From Antedon mediterranea (taxonomy: Eukaryota > Animalia > Echinodermata), in the NCBI RefSeq assembly GCF_964355755.1, contig NC_092670.1, positions 5,694,201-5,758,200 on the forward strand: a stretch of 64,000 bases of DNA. The letters run 5' to 3'. The notes under the pieces were generated by a model. That model saw nothing but the letters and a program-made list of their open reading frames with translations, searched no databases and was not told the DNA's origin. Shown here in pieces: positions 25,101 to 40,301 of the stretch (its first letter is position 1; every line of letters begins with the position of its first letter). The position numbers and the translations under genes are program-made.

Positions 25101-28100
25101 TAAACATAACATTTCATAAATTTGTCAACATATGGGCATTTACGTGAAGTTGTGCACCTCCTATTTTTGAATGACGTCAGAGTTGCGCAACGTGACTTAC
25201 GCGCGATTTTATGATTTTTTATGATTGCTCATAGACTAAAAACCAAGCATAATTTTGTTTTGACACTTTGTGAAATTTTAAGTCATATCAAGCGCAAACT
25301 TTTTGTGGATTAAAAATGGCATGTTTTACAAGAAGTTACGCGCGCACGCGCATTTAAAATTTCAAAATGCGCAAAATTAATTTATAATCAACTTTCTACG
25401 CGTTTCATGTTGTTTTAAGCATGTAAAAAATTCCCACGCGTGCGCAACTTTTTACGTGTGCGGTTGGCACGTAGCATTAAAAACATGTTTTTTTCGAGTG
25501 ATTTATGTTTTTCCAGCCTTTTATAGTAATTTTACCAACTTTTAAACACTTTCGACTTACAGTTACGTCATACGAGCACGTCGAATTGGACAATTTGCGC
25601 ACGTTTTTGATGAAAAAGTACAAATATTTGTCAAAATTTTGCCTTTTTTTAAACAGTCGAAATTTCTAAACTACACGGTCAACTTTTTGTGGATGACATA
25701 TTCCGGAAGTTGATGAGTTGTAGATATCGGATCATGTATTAATATGGCTAACCGGACATTTTAACGTCATCGTATGGCCACGCAAATATAAAATTGAGGA
25801 TTTTTGTATCTTTCGTCATAGCTCATCACATTTAATAGAGCGCATCTCCACTTATCCATTTTCCATTTTCAACCCGATTTTGATATTGTCTAGGTCAATC
25901 AACTATCTTTCGCATGAGTTAAAAATATTTTAATGATTATGACGTCATCATGCCTAAAAATTTAAATTACATGTGGCATTAATTTCATCTTTACAGAACA
26001 TTTTAATCTGTTATAGCTCGTAAGAATAAAATGTGATAATCACGATTAAAACGTTTTCTGGAAGCTATTGGATTGTAGATACAAAATCATGTAACAATTT
26101 GGCAAATCGGATGTTGTGACGTCATCATATGGCCAGTTAAATAACAAAAGTCGTATTTTCATATTTTGCGTCATAGTTCATTACATTTAAAAGAGCGCGC
26201 ATTAATATTTTACGTATTAAAATTTCTTCTACACGTTAATATGTTGTTGCTGAGATAATTTCCTTCCGAAATTGCTATATCAGTGTTTCATTTTCATACC
26301 GTCACCATGTTAAAAAATGGAATAAATGACGGGACCCGTAATTTCGCCTATCCTACACTGTATTAATATGTATACAGATTATACTATGTATACTGTAAAT
26401 AGTATATGACACACAATATACAGCATTTAGCACTAACAACATATTATACTCTTCAGTTCATGTCAATATGCCATAATCTTTTTCTGTGTCCACGTGCACG
26501 TGGCGTTTGTCGTGCGGATAACTAACTCGTCAAAGTGACGAGTTTCATGTCTAGTTCTTCTTTCTTTCTGTCATTTTTGTGCAGAGCGTATCTCTAAAAC
26601 GTGTAAAGTTAACATTTTATAACTTTGTCAACATATGGGCAATCACGTGAAGTTGTGCTTTCCTATAATTGAATGACGTCAGAGTTGCGCAACATGACTT
26701 ACGCGCGTTTTTATGAATTTCGCGTATTTAACATAGATCGAAAACCATATAACGATTTAAATTGAAACTTAGCAAAAGTCTAATTTATATTGTGCGCTAA
26801 CTTTTTGTGCACTAAAAATGGCATGTTTTACACGAAGTTACGCGCGCACGCGCGTTTAAAATTTTACAATGCGAAAAATCAATTTCTAATCAACTTTCTA
26901 CGCGTTTCATGTCATTTTGAGCATGTCAAAAATTCCCACACGTGCGCAAATTTTTACACGCGTGGTGCACACGTAGCGTTAAAAACGTAATTTTTTTGAG
27001 TGATTTATGTTTTCCCAGCCTTTTCTATTAATTTTACCAACTTTTAAACAATTTCGACTTCAAATTACGTCATACGAGCACGTAGAATATGATAATTTGC
27101 GCGGTTTTTTGATGAAAAACTTCAAAAATTTGTCAAAATTAAGCCTTTTTTTAAACAATCGTAGTTTCTAAACTAAACGGTAAAAATTATTTTTTTTACA
27201 TATTCTGGAAGTTGATGAGTTGTAGATATCAGATCATGCATTAATATGGCTAACCGGACATTGTGACGTCATCGTATGGCCACGCGAATATGAAATTTAG
27301 GATTTTTGTATCTTTCGTCATAACTCCTCACATTTAATAGAGCGCATCTCCACTTATCCGTTTTCCATTTTCACCCCGATTTTGATATTGTCTAGGTCAA
27401 TCAACTATATTTAGCATGAGTTAAAATATTTTAATTTTTATGACGTCATCATGCCTAAAAATTTAAATTACGTGTGGCATTAATTTCATCTTTACAGTAA
27501 ATTTCAATATGCTATAGCTCGTAAGAATAAAATGTGATAATCACGATTAAAACGTTTTCTTGAAGCTATTGAATTGTAGATACAAAATCATGTGAACATT
27601 TTGCCAATCGGATGTGGTGACGTCATCATATGGCCAGTTAAATAAAAAAAAGTCGTATTTTCATATTTTGCGTCATAGTTCATTACATTTAAAAGAGCGC
27701 GCATTAATATTTCACGTATTCAAATTTCTTCTACACGTTAATATGCTGTTGCTGAGATAATTTCCTTCTAAAATTGCTACCTTCGCGTTTCATTTTAAAA
27801 CCATCAACATGTTAAAAATTGCAATAAATAGCGGGTCCCGTAATTTCCCCTATTCTACACTGTATGTGATATGTATACAGATTATACTGTTTTACTATAT
27901 GAATCAAAATAATAGAATTCAGCAATAACAACATATCATAGTCTTCAGTTCAGGTCATAATTCCATAATCTTTTTCCGTGTGCAATATTCCAACGTATGG
28001 CGTGGACGTGGCGTTTGTCGTGCGGATAACTAACTCGTCAAAGTGACGAGTTTCATGTCTAGTTTTTTGGTTATCCGCAACGAAGTTGCAGGATAACCTC

Positions 28101-28199
28101 TTGTGATTGTACGAGATCAACATCATTGGTTATCCGCAACGAAGTTGCAGGATAACCTCTTGTGATTGTACGAAATCATCATCAACATCAACTTTTTAT

Positions 28200-29790
28200 T
28201 AGTTATCCGCACTTGGCGGATAACTCCTTGTTATTGTATGGGATCAATATTTTTTTCTGTATTATTCTTCTTTCTTTCTCGCTATTTTTGTGTAGAGCGT
28301 TTCTCTAAAATGTGTAAACATAACATTTTATAACTTTGACAACCTGTGGGCATTTACGTGAAGTTGTGCACCTCCTATTTTTGAATTACGTCAGAGTTGC
28401 GCAACGTGACTTACGCGCGATTTTATGATTTTTTATGATTGATCATAGATTAAAAACTAAAAGTGATTTTTAATTGACACTTTGTGAAAGTTTAATTTAT
28501 ATCATGCGCTAACTTTCTGTTGGAAAAAAATTGCGTGTTTTACACAAAGTTACGCGCGCACGCGCATTTAAAATTTCAAAATGCGCAAAAATAATTTCTA
28601 ATCAACTTTCTACGCGTTTCATGTCATTTTAAGCATGTACAAAATTACCGCGCGCGCGAAAAATATTACGCGCACGGTGCGCATAGAGCATGAAAATCAT
28701 GTTTTTTTCTCTTGAATTGTGATTTTCCAGCCTTTCCTAGTCATTTTCAAAAAGATTGACATCATTTCAAATTAAAATTACGTCATACGAACACGTTGAT
28801 TTAGCCCATTTGCGCGCGTTTTAGTTGAAAAAGTTACAAAATGTTGTCAAAATTATGCCTATTTTGAATGTTTTATAGCTTCTCAGGATCAACGATTACC
28901 CCTAATTTTTTTAACTTAATATGTAAGCAGATATGTTGTAGATATGAATTCATGCAGAATTTTTACCTCACGGATGTTGTGACGTCATCATATGGCCACA
29001 CGAATGTAAAATATAGGATTTTTTTGTCTTTCGTTATTGCTCATCACATTCAATGGAGCGCATCACGCTTATATGTATTTCTTTTTCTCCGAGATTTTAA
29101 TATTGTCTAGGTCAATCAACTATCTTTCGCATGAGATAAAAATATTTTAATTTTTATGACGTCATCATGCCTAAAAATTTTAATTACGTGGGTCATTAAT
29201 TTCATCTTTACAGTAAATTTTAATCTGTAATAGCCCGTCAAAATAAAATGTGATAATCATGATTAAAACATTTTCTGGAAGCTCTTGGATTGTAGATATT
29301 AAATCATGTGAACATTTTGCCAATCAGATGCTGTGACGTCATCATATTGCAAGTTAAATAAAAAAAGTCGTATTTTCATCTTTTGCATCATAGTTCATTA
29401 TATTTAAAAGAGCGCGCATCAATATTAAACGTATTCAAATTTCTTCTACACGTTAATATGTTGTTGCTGAGATAATTTGCTTCCGAAATTGCTATATCTT
29501 AGTGTTTCATCTTGATACCGTCGCCATGTTACAAATTTGAATAAATGGCGGGTCCCGTAATTTCACCTATTCTACACTGTATGTAACATGTATACAGATT
29601 ATACTGTTTGCATGTATATACTATATGACACAAAATTGACAGAATTCAGCACTAACAACATATCATATTCTTCAGATCAGGTCATAATGCCATAATTTTT
29701 TTCTGTGTGCAATATTCTAACGTATGACGTGCACGTGGCGTTTGTCGTGCGGATAACTAACTCGTCAAAGTGACGAGTTACATGTCTAGT
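28200..29790 (+). mobile_element. Complete, uninterrupted HINE copy, subfamily B
   Basis: Head TAGTTATCCGCACTTGGCGGATAACT pairs with tail GTGCGGATAACTAA; same terminal hairpin and CTAGT end as subfamily A. Confidence 0.85.
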
Positions 29791-32700
29791 TCTTCTTTCT
29801 TTCTGTATGATTTTTGTGGAACGCTTTTCTCGAAAACTTGCAAACATAACATTTTGTAACTTTCTCAACATATCGTCATGCACATGAAGATGTGCAGCGA
29901 AGCTTTTCATGATATTTACAATTGCGCAACGTGACCTACGCGCGATTTAACGATTTTGTCGTATTTAACATAGCTCGACAACCAAATAACATTTCAACTT
30001 GAAACTTTGCAAAAGTTTAATTTATATCATGCGCTAACTTTCTGTTGAAAAAAAATTGCGTGTTTTACACAAAGTTACGCGCGCACGCGCATATAAAATT
30101 TCAAAATGCGCAAAATTAATTTATAATCAACTTTCTACGCGTTTCATGTCGTTTTAAGCATGTCAAAAATTCCCACGCGTGCGCACATTTTTACGTGTGC
30201 GGTGCGCACGTAGCATTGAAAACGTATTTTTTTCGCGTGATTTATGTTGTTCCAGCTTTTTCAAGTAATTTTACCAAATTTTAAACAATTTCGACTTAAA
30301 GATACGTCATACGAGCACGTCGAATTGGACAATTGGCGCGCGTTTTTTATGAAAAGGTTAAAAAATTCGTTTAAAATATGCCTTTTTTTAAACAGTCGTA
30401 ATTTCTAAACTAGACGGTCAACTTTTTGTGGATGGCATATTCTGGAAGTAGATGAGTTGTAGATATCGAATCAGGTAGTAATATGGCTAACTGGACATTG
30501 TGACGTTATCGTATGGCCACACGAATATAAAATTTAGGATTTTTGTATCTTTCGTCATAGCTCATCAGATTGAATAGAGCGCATCTCCACTTATCCGTTT
30601 TCCATTTTCACCCCGATTTTGATATTGTCTAGGTCAATCAAGTATCTTTCGCATGAGTTAAAAATATTTTAATTTTTTTGACGTCATCATGCCTAAAAAT
30701 TTAAATCACGTGTGGCATTAATTTCATCTTTACAGTAAATTTTAATCTGTTATAGCTCGTAAGAATAAAATGTGATAATCACGATTAAAACTTTTTCTGG
30801 AAGCTATTGGATTGTAGATACGAAATTATGTAAAAATGTTGCCAATCGGATGTTGTGACATCATCATATGGCTAGTTAAACAAAAAAGGTCGTATTTTCA
30901 TCTTTTGCGTCATAATTCATTACATTTAAAAGAGTGCGCATCAATATTTCACGTATTCAAATTTCTTCTACACGCTAATACGTTGTTGCTGAGATAATTT
31001 CCTTTCGGAATTGCTACCTTCGCGTTTCATTTTAAAACCGTCAACATGTTATAAATTGCAATAAATAGCGGGTCCCGTAATTTCACCTATTCTACACTGT
31101 ATGTGTGATATGGATACAGATTATACTGTGTATACTATATATGAATTTAAATAATAAAATTCAGCAATAACAACATATCATATTCTTCAGTTCAGGTCAT
31201 AATGCCAACGTGAACACTTCCTTTTGTCCTCAACCTATCCCCTTAATGTTAATGTTGCACCACTTGCGCGGCGGATAACCAAACTCGTCAAAGTGACGAG
31301 TTACATGTCTAGTTGGTTATCCGCAACGAAGTTGCAGGATAACCTCTTGTGATTGTACGAAATCATCAACATCAACTTTTTTGGTTATCCGCAACGAAGT
31401 TGCAGGATAACCTCTTGTGATTGTACGAAATCATCATCAACATCAACTTTTTAGTTATCCGCACATGGCAGTGTGCGGATAATTAGTTATCCGCACATGG
31501 CAGTGTGCGGATAATTAGTTATCCGCACATGGCAGTGTGCGGATAACTCCTTGTTATTGTATGGGATCTTTTTTTTCTTTTTCTGTATTATTCTTCTGTC
31601 TTTCTTCCTATTTTTGTGAGCCCTGTTTCTCTAAAATGTGTAAACAGAACATATCATAACTTTGTCAACATATAGATATTTACGTGAAGTTGTGCACCTC
31701 CTATTTTTGAAAAACGTCAGAGTTGCGCAACGTGACTTGCGCGCAATTTTATGAATTTAAATGATTGATCATAGATTAAAAACCGAAAGTCATTTTGTAT
31801 TGAGACTTGGTGAAAATTTAATTCATATCAAGAGTCAACTTTCTGTGGATTAAAAATGGCATGTTTCACACAAAGTTACGCGCGCACGCGCATTTAAAAT
31901 TTTAAAATGCGAAAAATCAATTTCTAATCAACTTTCTACGCGTTTCTTGTCATTTTGAGCATGTCAAAAATTCCCACACGTGCGCAAATTTTTACGCGCG
32001 AGGGGCGCAAGTAGCGTTAAAAACATACTTTTTTCGCGTGATTTATGTTTTTCCAGCCTTTTCTAGTAATTTTACCAACTTTTAAACAATTTCGACTTAA
32101 AATGACGTCATACGAGCACGTCGAATTGGATAATTTGCGCGCGTATTTGATCAAAAAGCTAAAAAAATCATCAAAATTATGCCTTTTTTAAAACAGTTGT
32201 AGTTTCTAAACTAAACGGTGAAAGTTATTTTTATTAAATATTCTGGAAGTTGATGAGTTGTAGATATCAAATCATACATTAATATGGCCAACAGGACATT
32301 ATGACGTCATCGTATGGCCACGCGAATATAAAATATAGGATTTTTGTCTCTTTTGTTATTGCTCATCACATTCAATGGAGCGCATCACGCTTATCCGTAT
32401 TCCATTTTCTCCGAGATTTTAATATCGTCTAGGTCAATCAACTACCTTTCGCATGAGTTAAAAATATTTTAATTTTTGTAACGTCATCATGCCTAAAAAT
32501 TTTAATTACGTGGGTCATTAATTTCATCTTTCCAGGAAATTTTAATCTGTTATCGCTCGTAAGAATAAAATCGGATAATCACGATTAAAATGTTTTCTGG
32601 AAGCTATTGGATTGTAGATACGAAATCATGTAAACATTTTGGCAATCGGATGTTGTGACGTCATCATATGGCCAGTTAAATAAAAAAAGTCGTATTTTCG

Positions 32701-35700
32701 TCTTTTGCGTCATAGTTCATTACATTTAAAAGAGCGCGCATCAATATTTCACGTGTTCAAATTTCTTCTACACGTTAATATGTTGTTGCTGAGATAATTT
32801 CCTTCCGAAATTGCTACATTCGCGTTTCATTTTGAAACCGTCAATATGTTAAAAATTTGAATAAATAGCGGGTCCCGTAATTTCACCTATTCTACACTGT
32901 ATGTGATATGTATACAGATTATACGCTGTATACTATATGACACAAATTAACAGAATTCAGCAATAACAACATATCATATTCTTCAGTTCAGGTCACAATG
33001 CCATAATCTTTTTCCGTGTGCAATATTCCAACGTATGACGTGCACGTGGCGTTTGTCGTGCGGATAACTAACTCGTCAAAGTGACGAGTTTCATGTCTAG
33101 TATTATTCTTCTGTCTTTCTCCCTCACTTTTTGTGCAGAGCGCATCTCTAAAATGGGTAAACATAACATTTCATAACTTTGTCAACATATGGGCATTTAC
33201 GTGAACTTGTGCACCTCCTATTTTTGAATGACGTCAGAGTTGCGCAACGTGACTTACGTGCGATTTTATGATTTTTTATGATTGCTCATAGACTAAAAAC
33301 CAAGCATAATTTAGTTTTGACACTTTGTGAAAATTTAAGTCATATCAGGTGCAAACTTTTTATTGATTAAAAATGGCATGTTGTACAAGAAGTTACGCGC
33401 GCACGCGCATTTAAAGTTTCAAAATGCGTAAAATTAATTTTTAATCAACTTTTTACACGACTCATGACATTTCGCGCATGTCAAAAATTCCCACGTGCAC
33501 GCATTTTTTTACGCGCGCGGTGGCCACGTACCGTGAAAAACATCTTTTTTTCTCATGAATTATGTTTTTCCAGCCTTCTAGAGTAATTTTACCATTTTAA
33601 AACCATTTGTGACTTTAAATTACGTCATACGAGCACGTCGAATTGAAAAATTTACGCGCGTTTTTGATCAAAAATCTAAAAAAATCGTCAAAATTATGCC
33701 TTTTTTTAAACAGTCGTAGTTTCTAAACTAAACGGTGAAAGTTATTTTTATTACATATTCTGGAAGTTGATGAGTTGTAGATATCAAATCATACATTAAT
33801 ATGGCTAACAGGACATTTTGACGTCATCGTATGGCCACACGAATATAAAATATAGGATTTTTGTCTCTTTCGTTATTGCTCATCACATTCAATGGAGCGC
33901 ATCACGCTTATCCGTATTCCATTTTCTCCGAGATTTTAATATTGTCTAGGTCAATCAACTACCTTTCGCATGAGTTAAAAATATTTTAATATTTGTAACG
34001 TCATCATGCCTAAAAATGTTAATTACTTGGGTCATTAATTTCATCTTTACAGTAAATTTTAATCTGTTATCGCTCGTAAGAACAAAATGGGATAATCACG
34101 ATTAAAATGTTTTCTGGAAGCTATTGGATTGTAGATACGAAATCATGTAAACATTTTGCCAATCGGATGTTGTGACGTCATCATATGGCCAGTTAAATAA
34201 AAAAAGTCGTATTTTCATCTTTTGCGTCATAGTTCATTACATTTAAAAGAGCGCGCATCAATATTTCACGTGTTCAAATTTCTTCCACACGTTAATATGT
34301 TGTTGCTGAGATAATTTCCTTCCGAAATTGCTACATTCGCGTTTCATTTTGAAACCGTCAATATGTTAAAAATTTGAATAAATAGCGGGTCCCGTAATTT
34401 CACCTATTCTACACTGTATGTGATATGTATACAGATTATACTGTGTATACTATATGACACAAAATAACAGAATTCAGCAATAAAAACATATCATATTCTT
34501 CAGTTCAGGTCACAATGCCATAATCTTTTTCCGTGTGCAATATTCCAACGTATGACGTGCACGTGGCGTTTGTCGTGCGGATAACTAACTCGTCAAAGTG
34601 ACGAGTTTCATTGGTTATCCGCAACGAAGTTGCAGGATAACCTCTTGTGATTGTACGAAATCATCAACATCAACTTTTTATTAGTTATCCGCACTTGGCG
34701 GATAACTCCTTGTTATTGTATGGGATCAATATTTGGTTATCCGCAACGAAGTTGCAGGATAACCTCTTGTGATTGTACGAAATCATCAACATCAACTTTT
34801 TATTTCTCTTCTTTCTTTCTGTATGATTTTTGTGGAACGCTTTTCTCGAAAACTTGCAAACATAACATTTTGTAACTTTCTCAACATATCGTCATGCACA
34901 TGAAGATGTGCAGCGAAGCTTTTCATGATATTTACAATTGCGCAACGTGACCTACGCGCGATTTAACGATTTTGTCGTATTTAACATAGCTCGACAACCA
35001 AATAACATTTCAACTTGAAACTTTGCAAAAGTTTAATTTATATCATGCGCTAACTTTCTGTTGAAAAAAAATTGCGTGTTTTACACAAAGTTACGCGCGC
35101 ACGCGCATATAAAATTTCAAAATGCGCAAAATTAATTTATAATCAACTTTCTACGCGTTTCATGTCGTTTTAAGCATATCAAAAATTCCCACGCGTGCGC
35201 ACATTTTTACGTGTGCGGTGCGCACGTAGCATTGAAAACGTATTTTTTTCACGTGATTTATGTTGTTCCAGCTTTTTCAAGTAATTTTACCAAATTTTAA
35301 ACAATTTCGACTTAAAGATACGTCATACGAGCACGTCGAATTGGACAATTGGCGCGCGTTTTTTATGAAAAGGTTAAAAAATTCGTTTAAAATATGCCTT
35401 TTTTTAAACAGTCGTAATTTCTAAACTAGACGGTCAACTTTTTGTGGATGGCATATTCTGGAAGTAGATGAGTTGTAGATATCGAATCAGGTAGTAATAT
35501 GGCTAACTGGACATTGTGACGTCATCGTATGGCCACACGAATATAAAATTTAGGATTTTTGTATCTTTCGTCATAGCTCATCACATTGAATAGAGCGCAT
35601 CTCCACTTATCCGTTTTCCATTTTCACCCCGATTTTGATATTGTCTAGGTCAATCAAGTATCTTTCGCATGAGTTAAAAATATTTTAATTTTTTTGACGT

Positions 35701-37794
35701 CATCATGCCTAAAAATTTAAATCACGTGTGGCATTAATTTCATCTTTACAGTAAATTTTAATCTGTTATAGCTCGTAAGAATAAAATGTGATAATCACGA
35801 TTAAAACTTTTTCTGGAAGCTATTGGATTGTAGATACGAAATTATGTAAAAATGTTGCCAATCGGATGTTGTGACGTCATCATATGGCTAGTTAAACAAA
35901 AAAGGTCGTATTTTCATCTTTTGCGTCATAATTCATTACATTTAAAAGAGTGCGCATCAATATTTCACGTATTCAAATTTCTTCTACACGCTAATACGTT
36001 GTTGCTGAGATAATTTCCTTTCGGAATTGCTACCTTCGCGTTTTATTTTAAAACCGTCAACATGTTAAAAATTGCAATAAATAGCAGGTCCCGTAATTTC
36101 ACCTATTCTACACTGTATGTCACTGTATGTGATATGGATACAGAATATACTGTGTATACTATATATGAATTTAAATAATAAAATTCAGCAATAACAACAT
36201 ATCATATTCTTCAGTTCAGGTCATAATGCCAACGTGAACACTTCCTTTTGTCCTCAACCTATCCCCTTAATGTTAATGTTGCACCACTTGCGCGGCGGAT
36301 AACCAAACTCGTCAAAGTGACGAGTTACATGTCTAGTTAGTTATCCGCACATGGCAGTGTGCGGATAACTCCTTGTTATTGTATGGGATCTTTTTTTTCT
36401 TTTTTTTCTTTTTCTGTATTATTCTTCTGTCTTTCTTCCTGTTTTTGTGAGCCCTGTTTCTCTAAAATGTGTAAACAGAACATATCGTAACTCTGTCAAC
36501 TTATAGACATTTACGTGAAGTTGTGCACCTCCTATTTTTGAAAAACGTCAGAGTTGCGCAACGTGACTTGCACGCAATTTTATGAATTTAGATGATTGAT
36601 CATAGATTAAAAACCAAAAGTCATTTTGTGTTGAGACTTGGTGAAAATTTAATTCATATCAAGAGTCAACTTTCTGTGGATTAAAAATGGCATGTTTCAC
36701 ACAAAATTAAGCGCGCACGCGCATTTAAAATTTTAAAATGCGAAAAATCCATTTCTAATCAACTTTCTACGCGTTTCTTGTCATTTTTAGCATGTCAAAA
36801 ATTCCCACGCGTGCGCAAATGTTTACGCGCGAGGTGCGCACGTAGCGTTAAAAACATACTTTTTTCGCGTAATTTATGTTTTTCCAGCCTTTTCTAGTAA
36901 TTTTACCAACTTTTAAACAATTTCGACTTAAAATTACGTCATACGAGCACGTCGAATTGGATAATTTGCGCACGTTTTTGATCAAAAAGTTCAAAAAATC
37001 GTCCAAATTATGCCTTTTTTTAAACACTGATAGTTTCTAAACTAAACGGTAAAAGTTATTTTTATTACATATTCTGGAAGTTGATTAGTTGTAGATATCA
37101 GATGATACATTAATATGGCTAACAGGACATTGTGACGTCACCGTATGGCCACACGAATGTAAAAAATAGGATTTTTGTCTCTTTCGTTATTGCTCATCAC
37201 ATTCAATGGAGCGCATCACGCTTATTCGTCTTCCATTTTCTCCGAGATTTAAATATTGTCTAGGTCAATCAACTATCTTTCGCATAAGTTAAAAATATTT
37301 TAATTTTTCTGACGTCATCATGCCTTAAAATGTATATTACGTGGGTCAATAATTTCATCTTTACAGTAAATTTCAATCTGTAATAGCTCGTCAGAATAAA
37401 AAGTGATAATCATGATTAAAACGTTTTCTTGAAGCTATTGGATTGTAGATACGAATTCATGTAATCATTTTGCCAATTGGATATTTTGACGTCATCATAT
37501 GGCCAGTTGTATAAAAAAAGTCGTATTTTCATATTTTTCGTCATAGTTCATCACATTTTAAAGAGCGCGCATCTATATTTTACGTATTCAAATTTCTTCT
37601 ACACGTTAATATGTTGTTGCTGAGATAATTCCCGTCCGAAATTGCTATCTTAGTGTTTCATTTTGATACCATAACCATGTTAAAAATTGGAATAAATGGC
37701 GGGTTCCGTAATTCCATCTATTGTACACTGTATGTAGTATGTATACAGTATATAGTATACTGTACTTAGACACAAAACATACTGTTGTTATTGC

Positions 37795-38118
37795 ATATAT
37801 AATAATAATAATAACAATATTAACACTAATAATAATAATAATAATTTAGGTATTTGTATAGCGCCAGAATCAACTAAACCGGAATAAAAATCAAAGGCGT
37901 TTATAGTCGTTGTTAAAAAGATGCGTTTTAAGTTCTTTTTTAAAAATAGCAATAAAAGTTGATTTCGTAAAATGACGAGGGAGAGAATTCCAAAGAGAAG
38001 CAGCAGAGAACATAAAAGGCCTTTGTCCATAAGATTTGGTGTTAATTCTAGGAACAAGTAGGCCTAGTAGGTTTTGATCAGCCGAACGAAGACAAGCAAG
38101 AGGGGTGTAGGACATTAT
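37795..38118 (-). pseudogene. 3' remnant of an L2-clade LINE
   Basis: LRSADQNLL..VPRINTKSYGQRPF..AASLWNSLP..FKKELKTHLF is an RT-ORF C-terminus, followed by GCGCTATACAAAT and an (ATT)n tail. Confidence 0.8.
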
Positions 38119-38865
38119 TATGAAACAAAACAGGTAGCACACCAACACATACTATCTTTTGGGTAATACAATGGCGTAGTCTTTTTCTGTGTGCTATTTC
38201 TAACGTATGTCGTGCCGTGTCGTTTGTTGAGCCAATGCTGTATATTCTGTGCGTTATTTTTAACGTATGTCGTGCCGTGTCGTTTTTTGAGCCAATGCTG
38301 TATACTGTGTATATTATGATATACAAAAATAAACACAGGGCAGCAAACAATATTTTTCTTGCATCAGAGCCTATGCTATATAGTGTGTATATGATAATAT
38401 ACAAAATATACATAGTTCATCACTAGTGCATGGAGGTACGCAGTATAGTAATTGAAATACCCTCGGATTACTTGTAAGCCTACGTTTCATCTTTGGACAT
38501 AAACGAAAAGTCGATAACTATGTAGATTAATTACGATATAATTTTTATTGCATAATTTCCACAAAAAAGAATTGTAGGCATATATGTATTATACATTGTC
38601 AAACAAATAAAAAAAAATACAAACAGTACTTTAACATTGTCTTTTGCAATTTGATGTATTTGTTGTTATCGTTTTATTGTCTTAATTATTCCAAACAAGC
38701 GCCGTCGATTCCAACACAATTGCACAAAGCATTTCTTTGTGAAGTATTATCATCATCATTTCATTTGCTGTATCAGTAGATGCCTTTATTTCTTGAACTT
38801 GTAAGTGTACCCTTGCTGTATCAGTGGCTGTCTTTATTTCTTGTACCTGTAAGTGTACCGCATTT

Positions 38866-39525
38866 TATTTTACTCGGAACACTTGCCAGAACGCCTCAAC
38901 TTGTGTTGAATTTTTAGAAATGTCATCTGAATAATATAAAGAAAAAAACCTGAAACCTTTGAAAAAGCATGCAGTAGCGGATCCAATATTTTGAAATAGG
39001 GGTCCAGGGCCTAAAATGACACATTTTAGGTGTCGAACTGAAATTACTGTTCTATCTTTAGAAATACAATTTACAAAATGTAAGGAGTGGGCTGAATCCT
39101 TTAGGAGTGGGCTGAATCCTTTCCAAAACAAGTGGAACACCAAGGCCTGATTTATTTTACTCGGAATACTTGCCTGAACGCCTCAACTTGTGTTGAATTT
39201 TTAGAAATGTCATCTGAATAATATAAAGAAAAAAACCTGAAACCTCTGAAAAAGCATGCAGTAGCGGATCCAATATTTTGAAATAGTGGGTCCAGGGCCT
39301 AAAATGACACATTTTAGGTGTCGACCTGAAATTACTGTTCTATCTTTAGAAATACAATTTACAAAATGTAAGGGGTGGGCTGAATTCTTTTCAAAATAAG
39401 GGGAACACCAAGGCCTGAAAATGCAAAATTTTAGAAATACAATTTACAAAATGTAAGGGGTGGGCTGAATCCTTTTCAAAACAAGGGGAACACCAAGGCC
39501 AGAAAATGGCAAATTTTAGGTGTCC
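38866..39525. repeat. ~290-bp tandem duplication plus ~85-bp partial third copy
   Basis: TTTTACTCGGAA(C/T)ACTTGCC... at ~38868 and ~39155; TTTAGAAATACAATTTACAAAATGTAAGG occurs three times. Confidence 0.85.
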
Positions 39526-40301
39526 TATCTTTAACATTACAATTAAAATACACCCGACCATCCCCACCTCGCTATGCCCATGACAGTTGGAGTAATTAAT
39601 AATTCTTATAATTGCTCAATTAAACCTTGCTATACACAAGGTCAATAAATATATTATTTTTGTTATATAACTATAATTACATTACTTATACCTGCATAAA
39701 AGCAAACCTTGCTAAACACAAGGTCAATATATATAATATTTTTGTTATACAACTTGTAACATGTCCTGGATTTGACATTATATTACAGAGCATTTCAATT
39801 ACTTATTTTTATTTCAAACTCTTGCTTTAAATTTGCTCACCTAAAAATCACCTTACTTTAATTTTACCGATTATGTATTTCTACAAATAATTCTTTTCAA
39901 CATTGATCTTTTATAGTTTAGTTTTATAGTAGTCATTTTAGTTGAGTTTCATCTAGTTCTAGTATTTTTAAGTTCATTTTTAATAATTACTCATATAATA
40001 GTCCTTTTGTCAATTTAAAAAAATAAAAACATGAGCCTTTATTGTGGAATAAAGTTATATTTTCTAAATTGTATTCTCATTTACTTGACCAAAAATAAAG
40101 GAAATGTTCTTGTTTTTAAAATTAGATCTTTTTAAATTGTTATTTTAATTCTAATTGGATTCCTAAACGAATAGTTTGTATACTGTTCCTTAAATTGATC
40201 ATAGTGTACGACTGAATATATCTATTAAAAACATCAACAGTTACATTATACTAAAAGATTACATGGAAGTAAAGATATCCAAGTGAATATAAAAATTGTA
40301 A

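Larger units (their letters stand above)
1..37790 (+). repeat. Array of 18 ~1.5-kb non-autonomous Helentron (HINE/DINE-1-like) units, interrupted at 10817-20388
   Basis: Near-identical ~1.5-kb bodies. 17 tails of the form GCGGATAAC(C/T)AACTCGTCAAAGTGACGAGTT(A/T)CATGTCTAGT end at 1331, 2856, 4382, 6106, 7831, 9367, 20466, 22003, 23524, 25044, 26555, 28063, 29790, 31313, 33101, 34611 (cut short) and 36337. Heads T(A/G)GTTATCCGCA carry a hairpin. Subterminal IR, terminal hairpin, T-rich junctions and no TSD match HINE architecture. Confidence 0.88.

Noticed and set aside
1-37790. Assembly artefact (expanded repeat)
   Set aside because: Units differ by many substitutions, fall into subfamilies and have logically consistent junctions; long-read confirmation is still advisable.
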